DNA of 64,000 bases from contig OZ024742.1 of NCBI GenBank assembly GCA_964016885.1, positions 182,900,001-182,964,000 on the forward strand. The letters are read 5' to 3'. Each line of letters begins with the position of its first letter. Positions within the stretch are counted from its first letter, which is position 1. Below the pieces are notes generated by a model. That model did not search any database. It saw nothing but the letters and a program-made list of their open reading frames with translations, and had not been told where the DNA came from. Origin of the DNA: Eledone cirrhosa (taxonomy: Eukaryota). Position numbers and translations under genes: made by a program. Positions 28,427 through 41,390 of the stretch are shown here, piece by piece.

Positions 28427-28472
28427 TGGCTGTCCACCCGATTGTTGTCACCATCAAGAAGAAAGCGACCGG
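28427..28472 (+). CDS. BMI1: BMI1/Psc-like gene small Cys/His-rich exon
   Basis: Acceptor gttttttag, donor gtaagg. 46 nt, phase 2 to 0, (N)GCPPDCCHHQEESDR. A phase 2-to-0 exon is required between 27397 and 39359, and this one fits. Confidence 0.78.
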
Positions 28473-28629
28473 GTAAGGATTTTAATAAATATTCCCTAAA
28501 AGCTATAACCTTCATTGCTATTAATTGAATGCTATGTTAGCGTGAAAATATTATGAGAAGGTTACTCTTATACACTGGCCAAACATGACCGAGAAAACAC
28601 TATTGACTAAAGGCAACTCGACAATGCCC

Positions 28630-28703
<74 letters not shown>

Positions 28704-28705
<2 letters not shown>

Positions 28706-29105
28706 TGGCTGCCAACTCGTTTTCGAGTACGGCCACTACTTTATATCCATGTAGGAGAACTCCTACTGATGCGCTGAACGAGTGTGACTTTTTAGTCCAG
28801 CCAGCGACTTGAAAACTTTAGTACAAACACTACACTTGTGACAATTATTGACACATAGTGCTGGGCCCATGATACCATGTGACGACAAGTTCAGAGAGAT
28901 CTCAGTTCAGAGAGATCTCCAGATATAAAGCAATGCCTGTGCCGTGAAGCTTTTATAGTGAGCAAAGGCACAGCACAAAGCCAGTCCCACTCTCTTAACC
29001 AAGATGACATTTACCAAAATGAAGAACAAGTCAACATCATTGGATACCATCAGGGTTGCAGGTGTTATATCAGAGTTTTCCTTCTCCTAGAATTCTGCCT
29101 TGACA
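28704..29105 (-). mobile_element. 5'-truncated second copy of the 6255-6860 element
   Basis: Reverse complement of about 6475-6859, between (CA)n and (CATA)n/(CAAA)n. Confidence 0.75.
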
Positions 29106-30539
29106 TACATACATACATACATACATACATACATACATACAAACAAACAAACAAACAAACAAACAAACAAACAAACAAACAAACAAACAAACAAACAAAC
29201 AAACAAACAAACAAACAAACAAACAAACAAACAAACAAACAACATGGTTCGATTCCCTGATAACATAGATTCTTGAGTCAGCTAAAATCTCATTTCCCCA
29301 CTACCCCTTTATAATATTGTTTCTAAATATATAAGAAAGCAATACAATAATTTTCAAAGATTTCATTTTAGATTTAGTTCACTTTCCTCGGAGAAATGTA
29401 TTTTCAGATATTTTAGCACGTTATTTGTTTTACTCCCAAATGAGTGATTTCTGTTTTCATTTTACCAAAACTTCCCAAGTGAATGGCTTTATTTGTTTCA
29501 TTGGAATTGTTTTCTAATCAATCTTAAAAATCTCTCTCCTAGCTCGGCAATAAGGAAAATACCATTGGGCTTATCAATATCACTTAGTTTTGTTTTTAAA
29601 TTCAATGCCTGATCAATATATAAGATAAATTTAACATTTTAGTTTATTTTCATCTCATTAGTTTTTCCATGTATTAAAAAATATATATATTTATTAGTCT
29701 TTTATTTTATATTTTTTAGTATGCGAAAGGTTGAGAAATTTACTAGAACTATTCTGTTTATATTTTTAGTCTTATCTTTTGTTTATCTCAATACATTTTG
29801 TAAAATATGGGGAGGAAGTGTATAACCTGTAATTATATTGCACTGTTAGATGTTCTAGGAAAGAAACGTGAGAAAGAATGTGCAATCTTGAGATGATGTA
29901 GATAAGAACTAAAGAGGGAATGGACGAGAGAAACATTAGCTATAGAAATGAAACATGTATGGAACGAATGCTACACTGGGGCCCGTAGGGCTTATTTTTG
30001 TATAATCAATACTGAATCATCGTAATATTTAGAGAAAATTGCGGCATGTACCGTTGATAAAGGAGCAAACATCTAAAGATCAAGTTAGCTTTTGATTAAC
30101 AGTAAAAACAAATTCACCGACGTCACACGCGATTTTGATAGAGTCATGAGAACCATGTATCCTAGTTCTCCTTCACTATTAGAAATGTGTTATGTCTGAG
30201 AAACCGATAATTTAAGTGGCAAATGTGGTGGCCCGTGTAGCAAGAAAGTAGAAAGTAGGTGAAGTAATTTTGCAGTCAGCACGGTTTTGAATCCACTTTT
30301 ATGTACACACATAATTAATACTCTTTGGAAAAACAGGAATGTCGCTACTTCCAAGTTTGACAATTTCTCGAAGAGTGGAACTTTCTTTTTAGTGAAAATA
30401 AATTGTGTTTAAATCTGAATAATCAATGAAAGGAATGTTGATATTTGATTTGGATTTTAAATGAAAGGTGAACGCCTTTTTCATTGATTTCATTGTTTCT
30501 TATATTTTATCGACATATATTGAGGTAGGGAATATGGCT

Positions 30540-30930
30540 AAGTTATCAGTGTTTACATGTGATAGGTGTGATGTGAGACTCAATATTAAGGATTTGGTTA
30601 TCAAAGTATTTTAGTGGTAGTTAGGGTGTAGAACACAGGTTTCAGTGATAAGTCTGGAGTAAGACTCGGTTATTAGTGTTTAGCTGTGATAAAAGTGGTG
30701 TAGGACTTAATTGTCAATGTTTACTTGTGACAGGTGGGGTGTTGGACACTCGTATTAGTGTTTGCCTGTGACAGATGTGAAGTATCACTCAGTTATCAGT
30801 ATTTGCCTGTGACAAGTGAGAAGTATCAGAAATCAGTATTAACCTATTACAAGTGTGGAACAGGACTCAAGTATCAGTGTTTACCTTTTGCGGGTGGAGA
30901 GCAGGTCTTATGTATCAGTGTTTACCCGAT
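30540..30930. repeat. Degenerate ~38-bp minisatellite
   Basis: Recurring tatcagtgtttac.tgtgacaggtg...actc. Confidence 0.6.
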
Positions 30931-33524
30931 GTTAACAATCTTACACAACAATAATGGTTACAGAAACAGATTTGCAATTAAAGTTGCAGCTTAAAGCCAT
31001 TGTCGTTCATTTTTAATGACTCGTTATTGTTATTTGTTGGTTTCGACTATAAGTGTTCCAGCAATGGAACAGCCTGCTCATGAAATTAACGTGTAAGTAA
31101 TTGAGTATTCTACAAACATGTGTACGCTTAATGTAATCCTCGGGGAGATTCAGTGTGTGACAAGCTGGCCCTTTGAATTACATGTACAGTCGGATGGACG
31201 AGCTTCCAAATTCTTTCTGTCAATCTAATTTCACTCCCAAACTATGGGTCATACCGAATCTATGGTAAATGACACTTTCCCAAGATGCCATGTTGTGAGA
31301 TAGAATTTGAGACATTAAGATTGCGAAGTGAACTTCTTAACTATTGGGCCATGTTGTGTCTGGTTGCTTCTTTAGAAATCAAAGAAAATTGTAAAAATCA
31401 GAGAAAGTTTTTGTTTTTCTGTTCATGATTCAAATGACTATAATGACACTGGGAAAACCTTCAAATAATGGCTGAATTTTTTTTTTATGTTGTTTGTCTT
31501 CAACACAGATGAGCAGCTTCCTTATCGACATGTAACAACTATTCGGTTAATGTCTTATTAGTTTACTGACTCAGAAACATTAAAACTTTGAATTTTTCGA
31601 TTCTCGAACACGAGAAAATGTCATCCAATATCCGTGAGATTCAATCGTAAATAAGATACCTCTCAACTAAATGTGATTCAATCAGATAAAATGGAGAGAA
31701 CGAAGAAAATTATCAACAGTTACCAACGTATGACGAAGATAGTTCAATAGTAAATCGATCGATTAGGAATGAAGAAAGACGTTCTTGTTTTTTTCTCACA
31801 GACTTTTTTTTCTTCCCCGAGAGTTTGCCATTTAAATAGAAGCAATGTTGCGTTATCTGGTGAATGGTGTGAAATATAATTTCGTTTAATATCATTTCTC
31901 CATACTTGCATGTGTTATCGACGTATCTATCAGTTATTTCTGTGATCATAATAGCAGCGACAAGACATGGACTGTGGCATTATATCTACCTGAGCATATG
32001 CTATAATAATGAGAATTTTACAACTAGATACCAAATCAAATCACTTGAGCCAAACAACCTATATGTTGGCGGCAAAATATGAATCCAACTGGGCAAACCA
32101 CAATTTAGCGTCGCCAGAAAATGCCGGTAACGATGAGTTGCTCATAATTGACACAGTGGACGCTGAACGAGAAATTGCTTCGTCGTTTTTTCTTCAACTA
32201 ACGCATACGTGGTAGTACCATGGATAACTTAAGTAAAAGTAACACCGAACAAGCAAAGATGTGTCACAAAGATGGCGACTTCAAAACGAAAGCTTGGTCG
32301 AACAACAGACACGAGAGATAATTTTCAGAAAAATATCGTGTTCAAATCGAAGGAGTCCAGTTTTAGCGTTTGTTCTTTTTTCGGGGTCACCAGTTTAGCG
32401 AATTGGTTTATTGGTTTAATCTTCTCCGGAATATACCGCTGGTAACCAACCACTAATTCAATAAGAAAGAAGATATAGAGAGCTGCTCGTCAGAACGAGG
32501 CCGGCAGCGAATAAGAGGGTGAGAAACACAAGTCTCGTCTATTTATTATGCCTACGGGAAGTAACTCTAATTAATTCTCTTTTTTTTTACCCTAGAGGTC
32601 GCTACAATACTTTTGATACTAAACTGCCTAAAGTCGCCCCTGGTTCTATGATACAAAGCTATTTAGTTTGAAGTATTTATATTTATCTAAAATCGTTCAT
32701 CATAACTTTATGTAAGTAACTTTGTCAAGTTGTGCTTCAAGTTATGCTTAATCAGAAAGTAAGTTTTTTCGTTAAATAACCCCAAATTGTTGATCATTTC
32801 CAAAATTATTTGAAACAAATACGTGGTGTCTCTCATTAGAAATAAGGCCGCTAAAGGGTTAATTTACTAACTAGACTTACATTTTCTCATTGGTTAATCG
32901 ATACACACTCGTTTAAAGTCTGAAATCTATCAATGCCGTCATCACTTGACGTTTCCTACAATCATTCTCCACTTGGCTTTTTTCTTCTTTTCTCAATAGT
33001 ATTCTGTCAATCACCCAAATTAATTTCATTTACTCCTACGTTAAATGACAGCCGTTTATTCCACTACAACTATTCAATTCAATTCTTTTTTACATTACTA
33101 ATATACACAGCTTCTGATGTCATCAATAAGAAGGATATTCAATAAATTTTCCAGTAAAGCTCTGCCACCGTGATAATATTTCAGAATACTTAAAACATAA
33201 ACGTTCCTTATTTCAATAAAGACTAACTAAATATCACATTCTCACTTCTCGCGAACAATCCTTACCTCTAAAAACTTCTCCGGGAAGATTTAACATCGTT
33301 AAAGAGACTTCCTTTCACTTGTCGAAGAAATATTTATTGACTTGTGTAGAGACGCAATCTGAGCTGGCTTTATATTGAGTGGAAATGAGACGCGTTTGGT
33401 TCAGTGTCTCTCTAGAGAGCTTTGTTTAAGTACAACTAGGAATAGCTTGTTTCACTGAGAACCAAACTTTACTCAACATAACAAAATTATAAATATACAT
33501 CTTCACTGCCATTATGATTAGTGT

Positions 33525-35043
33525 GGATAATCAGAATTGTTTGGGCATCGGATAAAATGCACTATGGTATTTATTTGTTCCGATTCTTTACGCTCTGAGT
33601 TCGAATCCCTCCGATATCAAGTTTACCCTTCGTCCTTCCTGGGTTGATAAAATAAAGTACGAATCAAATACTGGGTCGATATAATTGATTTAGACTTCCT
33701 TCCATAAATGAATGGCCTTGTGCCTAAATTAACAACCATTTTTATGAGTTGAATGCATCCGAATCGTTAGCGGTAATGCTAAATAGCTTATAGTATTCAG
33801 ATACAATGTTTTATGTTTCGATTTCAAATCACTCCGAAACCCACTTTGCTACTCATCTATTCGGAGTCAATAAAGTAAAGTCCTAGTGTTTGATATAATT
33901 GACTTTCCCTTCCGCGCAAACAAATGCTGGCCTTGTGCCAATATTAGAAACCATTATTAGTACTGTTGTTGTTATTGTTATTATTATAAAGAGGTTTAAG
34001 GGCGGTGAATTGGCAGTATCGTTAGAGCGTCGGTCATTCTGCTTCACCGCATAGAGTTCAAACCCTACTGAAGTTAGCTTTGCCTTTCATCCTTACGGAG
34101 TCAATAAAATAAAATACCAATCACGCACTGGGGTCTATTTAATCGACTTTCCTCTCCCACAAAATGATTGGCCTTGTGTCTAAATCAGAAACCGTTATTA
34201 TAAAGATGTTTAACAGTGCAACAACCTTTGGGGGAGAAAACACATGATTTAATCGACTCCCTTACTTGATGGTTATTTACTTTATCATCCACGGAAGAAT
34301 GAAAGTAAGCGTCGACCGTTACAGGATTTCACTCACTCCTACCGGCCATAAACTTTCCAAACGTATAAAAGCACCCAGTGCTTTTACAATAACGGTTTCT
34401 GATTTAGTCATAAGGTCGATATGATAAAGTATCAGTGCATTAATGGTACTTTATTATATCGACTCCGTAAGGATGAAAGACAAAGCTAACCTCGGCTGGA
34501 TTTGAATTCAGAACGTAAAGGGATGTAACTAGATGCCGCAAAGCACGTCTGGCACTCTACAGATAATGTTAATCCACAGCCTGTGCCTTAATAATAATAG
34601 TAATAATAATAATAATGGTTTCTTATATAGGCACAAGGCAAGCAATTTTGGGGGAGAGGAAAGTCGATTAAATCGACCTCAGTGCGTGACTGGTACTTTA
34701 TTTTATCGACCACGTAAGGCAAAGCTAACCTCGGTGGGATTTGAACTCAGAATGTAAAGAACCGTATCTCTATGCATATTGTCCGACGCACTGCTGATAC
34801 TATCGATAATAATAATAATGGTTTCTGATTTAAGCACAAGGCCAGCAATTTATGGGGAGAGGTAAGTCGATTAAATTGATCCCAGTGCATTACTGGTGCT
34901 TTATTTCATCGAGCACGAAAGGATGAAAGGCAAAGCTAACCTCGGCGGGATTTGAACTCACAATGTAAAGAACCGTAACTCTATGTCGTAAAGCATATTG
35001 TCCGACGCTCCACCGATACTACCAATAATAATAATAATAATAA
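33525..35043. mobile_element. Cluster of about six SINE family A copies (three +, then three -)
   Basis: + copies at about 33525, 33760 and 33999; - copies at about 34388, 34612 and 34815. Confidence 0.7.
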
Positions 35044-35270
35044 TAAACAAATGCGTATAATGATACATGTATTGTTTAGATGGACAGAGTAACTAAAGCA
35101 ATGCAACAGCCTGAAGACCTAAATAATCTCAACTGATCAAATTTCTTGCCAACCAGCAACAACGAAGGAGCATTTTATCAGATCATGATGTAAATTAATT
35201 ATACCCACGCTTTAATATAAAATCGATTTCTAATTCATTTTTCTATTTTTTTTTTTTTTTTCGTTTTCAG

Positions 35271-35336
35271 CTAAAGTTAAATCTATTGCGTGTTGCCGGT
35301 AAATACCGAGTGAAAAAGAAGAAAATATCTTCTCTT
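35271..35336 (+). CDS. BMI1: Candidate symmetric (phase 0-0) basic cassette exon of the BMI1/Psc-like gene
   Basis: Very strong poly-T acceptor ending ttttcag, donor gtaagt, 66 nt open frame LKLNLLRVAGKYRVKKKKISSL. It falls where BMI1 has a Lys-rich loop and is not required for frame. Confidence 0.62.
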
Positions 35337-35720
35337 GTAAGTACGACATTTCTCTTCCTATGACTTTTTATCTCACACATAACTTCACCGTTTCACCCAC
35401 TTATTGCAACAATATATTGTGGGTGGGTGTGAGAGAGAGAGGGGGTTTCGTTGATTCTTTTATACTTTATCTACATATTTCGGCTAGAAACGTCGATCCT
35501 GGTCCAGGAAAAATTATATATGTATGTGCATGTATATATATATATATACCATTAAGATTATGGAAGGATGGGGGGAGGGGGGGAATGCGTACGTCACAGA
35601 TTAATCGTCACTTAGAAAAATTAACAAAGAGAAGAAAAGATAACAAACGAAAACAAGGCAAACCTAAAGACACAGAACTCCAGTCTTCGGCCGTTGAGCT
35701 GAACTTATACATATATATAT

Positions 35721-35929
35721 ATATAAGGAAACGAAATCGAAAATGCAACTGAAGTCTTGTTAAGAATATTTGTTTATTTCCTTTACCGGTTTCACAGTTC
35801 TTATGCTTTTTAAAAGTAAAATTGAGATGGAAGGTTTGAAAAGCATAAGAATTGTGAAACCGGTAAAGGAAATAAATAAATATTCTTTAAAAGTCTCCAG
35901 TTGTATTTTCGATTTCTTTTCCTTGTATA
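35721..35929. mobile_element. Inverted cassette with decayed hammerhead (same family as 49090-49212)
   Basis: Arms about 35721-35812 and 35838-35929. GAAA-ccgg-TA-aagg in both arms. Confidence 0.68.
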
Positions 35930-35982
35930 GGACATACCGTTTTTTCTTTTGTTTTTTTAATACAAAAAAAAAATCATTTTCT

Positions 35983-36075
<93 letters not shown>

Positions 36076-38267
36076 TGTTTTACTTTCCACAGGTAATTTT
36101 ATGCAATAGTATAAAATTACAGTGAAATTAAATTACTCGATTTCATATGAAGAAATATTTTTGTCGAACTATTTATTCCTAATACTATATATGGCATGGA
36201 TGTGTGTATATCCGTGTATGTGTTTATGTTTCTGTCTGGGTCGGAGTTTATGTCACTTAACTTAGCAGATCGATGAAAACGAGATCAATAAAATATATAC
36301 CGGAGTCGATATGATCAACTAAATCAAGGCTGTGTCCCAGAGTGGCCACAGTGTAATCACTGGAACCAGTAAAAAATGAAAGGCTAAGAAAATAGATAGC
36401 TGACAGGAGATAGAATCAAAGAATGAAATTTGGGGGCGAGGGAACAAAGAGAAGCGAGTGAGTCAGAGAATATGTGAGAGAGTGAGTGAGTTAGAAAGCG
36501 TGGGTGGGTCAGAGTGTATGAGTGAGTGTGAGTTAGTGAGTGCGTGAGAATATTTGAGTGAGTGTGAATTAGTGAGGAAGTGCGTGTGAGTGTAGAATGA
36601 GTGTGTATGAGTGAACGTGCGGGTGCATGGGTAGGGGTGAATGGCTGTGTGAGTGTGAGCGTGTGAGTGACTGAAGTTGTTGAGTAAGTTGAGTGGAGTT
36701 TGTAGGGAGAGAGAGAGAGGAAGAGAACTTCGAAGCAGAAGAATGTTTATAGAATAATCACAAATGTGAAAACGAAGCAAAGGAGTGTTATAAGGTGTGT
36801 GTGGTTGTCATTGTAATTAGTTTATGGTATACAGAGAAATAATCTCGCTGAGCAGACATAAAGGTCACAAGTGCAGAAAATATGGCGGCTTCATAATCCC
36901 TTGAAAGAGAAGTGGAAGGAATTCAACATGAAACAAGAAATTACATCAAAATTATGGTTTCCTACATTTACTCATGACGTTGATTTGTTAATGATTGTTA
37001 TTTTGTTTGTATGTGTTTGTATGCATGCGTGTGTGTCTGTGTGTATACGTGTATGTTTGTGTGTATACGTGTGTTAGTATGTGTATGTGTACGTGTTTTG
37101 CACGTATGTCATGATTTGTGTATGTGTGTACACGTGCATGAGGATCTACGTACGTATGTATGTGTATCTGTCTGCGAGTGTATCATATTTTGTTTTTTCT
37201 GTGTGAGTTTGTGGTGAGTGTGTGTGCGTTTTTGTGCATATGTGTGCGTCAGTGTATGTGTTTGTCTGTGAATCAGTCTTCATAGTTTTTGTATGAGTGC
37301 GTAAGTGTGTGTGTGTGTGTATCTACGCAATTATGTGTGTTTATTTTATTTGTTTACGTGGGTGTGGGTGTGTGTATACGTACGTGTCTGTATATATAGG
37401 TAAGTGTTTGTGTATGATTCTTCAAGGTGTTTTCGTATGTGTGTGTATGCGTGTGCATGTACGCGTGTGTGAGTATCTGCGTATACATGAGTGTATATTT
37501 TATTTTGTATATGTTTGTCTGTGCATGTGTCTTTGTGGTTTGTGAAGGTGTGTATACGTGTGCGTATGTATCTATCTGCATGTGCTTCCGTGTGTTTGTA
37601 TATGTATGTGTCTATGTATAGGTGTGCCTCTGTATATATATGTTTCTGTTTATGCCTATGTGTTCATGAGTATATGTGTATCTATGTGTGAGCATGTTTT
37701 TGTGTTTATCAGTTGCTGTGAGTCCGTCTGTGTACGTAAAAGTGTGAGTATGTATGTGTATGTGTGTATGTGTGTGGGTGTGTGTTTGTGTGTGGGTAGA
37801 TAAAAATAGTGTTAATTGCCAAGAATCTCCAGCAATTTAATCTAAAGAGCCAGTCTTCGGTCGCGATACAGTGCTAATAATATAATGACTGATTCCTTAG
37901 ATAAGCACGATATCAAAATTGTATTTATAGGAAGAGGAAGAGGAAGGGGAGTTGAAGAAGATGGGAGGGGAAGGGGAGGTGGCGAAGATAGAGGAAGGTG
38001 GAGAGTAGAATGTAGAGGAACATGAAGATAGTGTATAACGTGCATGTCTTTGACAGAAATCTTTAAGTGGAAGTGAAAGGGAAATGACTTTAACTGGGTA
38101 TCGAACTCGGAAATAGGCTCTCAGGAAACTTACCCTTTGGTTTATGACACTTCCCCCTTCTATTTATTGCTATAATTAACATTATATTATATATTTCTAT
38201 GTGTTAGATCTAATAAGCTCGTAGAATTAACCAGCTGCTATGTTTCAAGGCATTCTTTTCTAGTGAA

Positions 38268-38458
38268 CGGTGGATTGGCAGTATCGGTAGAGGGTCGGAC
38301 GCCATGCTTTGCAGCATAGAGTTACGGCCCTTTACGGTCTGATTTCAAATCCCGCCGAGGTTATCTTTGCTGTTGATCCTTACGAAGTCGATAAAATAAA
38401 ACACCAGTAATGCACTGGGATAATTGCTGGATTGTGACAAAAGTAGAAACAATTATTT
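38268..38458 (+). mobile_element. SINE family A (other copies near 7.9, 41.1, 44.1, 52.8 and 54.2 kb)
   Basis: Near-identical to 16958-17150. Confidence 0.75.
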
Positions 38459-38469
38459 GTCTACTGAAT

Positions 38470-38782
38470 GACCAACGAATCTTCGATTCCGACAGCTAAT
38501 CTTCCACTTGTTCAACGAAACAGCTTGCTCGTAAAATTAACGTGCAAGTGGTTGAGCATTCCACAGACACGTGTACCCTTAACGTAGTGTTCCGAGAGAT
38601 TATACGCGAAACTATGACAAGCCTGGCCCTTTGAATTACGGGAACAACTCAGTTTTGCAATCTGAGTAAACTGGAACAACACGAAATAAAGTGTCTTACT
38701 GAAAAACATAACGCAGAGTGGAAAATCGAACTCATAACCTTACGATCGGGAACAAAAGACCCTAACCGCTAATCCATGCACA
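38470..38782 (-). mobile_element. tRNA-derived SINE family B (other copies near 2.9, 7.5, 31.1, 40.8, 50.7 and 59.6 kb)
   Basis: Shared aaattaacgtgcaagtgg.tgagc..tccacagacacgtgtaccct core; tRNA-like head on the minus strand. Confidence 0.65.
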
Positions 38783-38983
38783 TTCACACTGCAATAAATA
38801 TATCTACACTAACATACTTGATATAACACAAACATCTAAATTTTGTTTTTGTTTTTTAAATGTCTAGAAAGATATATAGCCATTACTATACGTTTCCATT
38901 TAAGTAAAATACATACGAAATAATCATTGCATTAAATGTGTGTAAACACACCAAATTCTCATCATTTAGGAATTAACCCTTAA

Positions 38984-39269
38984 CTCTTAACATCCTGTAA
39001 TGATTTAGCAGAAAATATCTAAAACAGTTATGTTTATAGTATCTTTACTAGTAGACAGACTGTTGTAAAATTTACTGTATTCCAGAGACAGATAATTGTG
39101 AAAATTTGCATTACTAGAATAACGACTTCATTTATTCATATGATGCAGTCATATTGTTGTTTTCTATTTTTCAAGAATGTCTTGCTAATGTGGTTAATTG
39201 AGGTATGCTAATTCAAATGTTTATAGTATCATTACACGTGGACTGATCGTTGTGCAGGGCTTTTAAGAG
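38984..39269. mobile_element. TTAA-flanked MITE-like element
   Basis: TTAA|CTCTTAAcatcctg ... cagggcttTTAAGAG|TTAA. Confidence 0.5.
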
Positions 39270-39358
39270 TTAACGAACAAGACGTTAACCCTTATTCTTA
39301 TATGTCACGTTGATGTTTTTATCACTTCTGTTATTTTCAACTCAAATTTCTATTGTAG

Positions 39359-39457
39359 GTTTCTGACTGCCGCTACCTCTTATGTCCAGCTTCGGTAACA
39401 GTTGCACACCTAAAGAAGTTCATTCGAATGAAGTTCTCTCTTTCCCCTCGATACAAG
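39359..39457 (+). CDS. BMI1: BMI1/Psc-like gene coding exon (RAWUL)
   Basis: Acceptor ttgtag, donor gtaggt. 99 nt, VSDCRYLLCPASVTVAHLKKFIRMKFSLSPRYK, compared with BMI1 [33 protein letters not shown]. Confidence 0.95.
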
Positions 39458-40459
39458 GTAGGTAGAACAAATTATCGATATATGAAAGAAAGACGGCTTC
39501 TTTAAAAGTTCAAGACGTAGCCATGGCTGTGGTATTAAGGAGTTCACTTCGCGATCACGTAGTTCTACGTTTCGATGCCACTGTGTGACACTTTCAACTC
39601 GTACCTTCTAATAAATAATTTATAGTTGGTAGACGGAAACTGTGCGAAAACCCGTATATATATTGTCGGAGGCGTGTTTACGTTCTAACGATAACAGATA
39701 AAATAAGTATCAGATTTGAAACAAACTAGGTACAAGGATTTTACGGATAGATACATCATACCCCTGAATAAATTGATACTGGTGTGGTAGACAAAGAAAA
39801 GGAGAAAATAGAAAAATATCAAGACGTGAAATGCGAAATATGTAGAATCTGGAATTGACGCAAAGTTGTAAGTCTTGTGGACACAGCATGGCCGAATGGT
39901 TAAGAAGTTTGCTTTGTGTGGCATCTTTGGCAAGTTTCATTTACCATAGCCACGGGTTGATCCATTATTTGTGAATAAAGATGTATAGATGAAAATTGCT
40001 TGACGCTATCTGTAATTCAAAGGACCTGTCTTGTCATACAGAGCGTCATGCTGAATCTCCCTGAGATTTACATTAAGGCCACACATGTCTATGGAATGTC
40101 CCTGCATTTAGACGTTTATTCTATGAGCAGACTCTTTCGTTGGTCTAACAACTGGAACGTGCATCGTCGAAAGCAACAAAGGTCCATTCCATTCCACTGT
40201 AAATTCATCAATTCCACCAAAGTATGTTGAGTGGTGGGAGAGATTTTTATAAACATGTTTGAAATGTTGTTTCAATTTCTAGCTCATCTGGTCTTCATAC
40301 ATTTATCTCTTATTGAGACTTTTCAGGACTTTCTCATTTACCAACAAAGTCTTCTTCCAATTCTATGGAATGTGACACAAGGTAACACCAACAACACTCT
40401 ACCTACTCCCGGAACACAAATAGCTGTTCCTAAAAGCATTTTCTTTTTTGTCTTTTAAG

Positions 40460-40540
40460 ATTGACATATTCCATACGGACGAATCTCTGAGTGACAGCTA
40501 CACGTTAATAGATATTGCATATATCTACACTTGGCGGCGG
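40460..40540 (+). CDS. BMI1: BMI1/Psc-like gene coding exon (RAWUL)
   Basis: Acceptor tcttttaag, donor gtaagt. 81 nt, [27 protein letters not shown], compared with BMI1 [27 protein letters not shown]. Confidence 0.96.
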
Positions 40541-41390
40541 GTAAGTTTTCCATCAATTTGTCACTACGGTGCCTCTACGACTAAAAAAAAAAAAATTAAA
40601 CTAGTAAAAAAAAAAATTAAACTAGTTCATTTACTCGACTCCCTGGAAATACTTTCTACTATACGTCTCTCATAAAAACCTTGCTGGCAGATTAACAGAC
40701 ACTGATTCAGCAATATAGCTTACAAATATACTATATTATATAATAGACATACTCTCCCACAAATAGTGGATCTCCGTCGGTTCCGACGACGAATATTCCA
40801 GCTGTTTAACAATATAACAGCCTGCTCGTGAAATTAACGTACGAGTGACTGGGTATTCCATAGAGACATGTACTCATAACGTAGTTGTCAGGTATATTCA
40901 GCGTGATACCGAGCGTGATAAGACTCTCCTTTTAAATTACATGGGAAACTCATCTTTTGCAAGCTGAATTCCCTACGGTGACGTGAAATAAAGTGTTATG
41001 CTCAAGGACACAACGCGCCACCAAAAATCATAACTCATAACTATACGATCGCGAGCCATCTTAAATGTATTAAAATTATTTAATATCTACGAAAGTAAGA
41101 GTGTTGGCAGAACCATTAGGGCGTTGGACAAAATGCTTTGCAGCATTTTGTTACGGCCCTTTACATTCTGAGTTCAAATCCCATGGAGCTCAACTTTGTG
41201 TTTCAACCTTCTGGGGTCGATAAAATACGTACCAGTGATGTGCTGGGCTAGATATAATCGACTTTCCCCTCGTATCAATTTGTTTGCCTTGTGTCTCAAT
41301 TTAAAATCCATATTTAATAAAATATTTAATTGATTAATTACTTTCAATGAGAGTAATCTATAATAATTACACTTTTTTATATTTTTGCAG

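Noticed and set aside
35283-35325. LRVAGKYRVKKK resembling the casein kinase I N-terminus
   Set aside because: No GxGxxG or other kinase exons nearby; better explained as a PcG gene exon.
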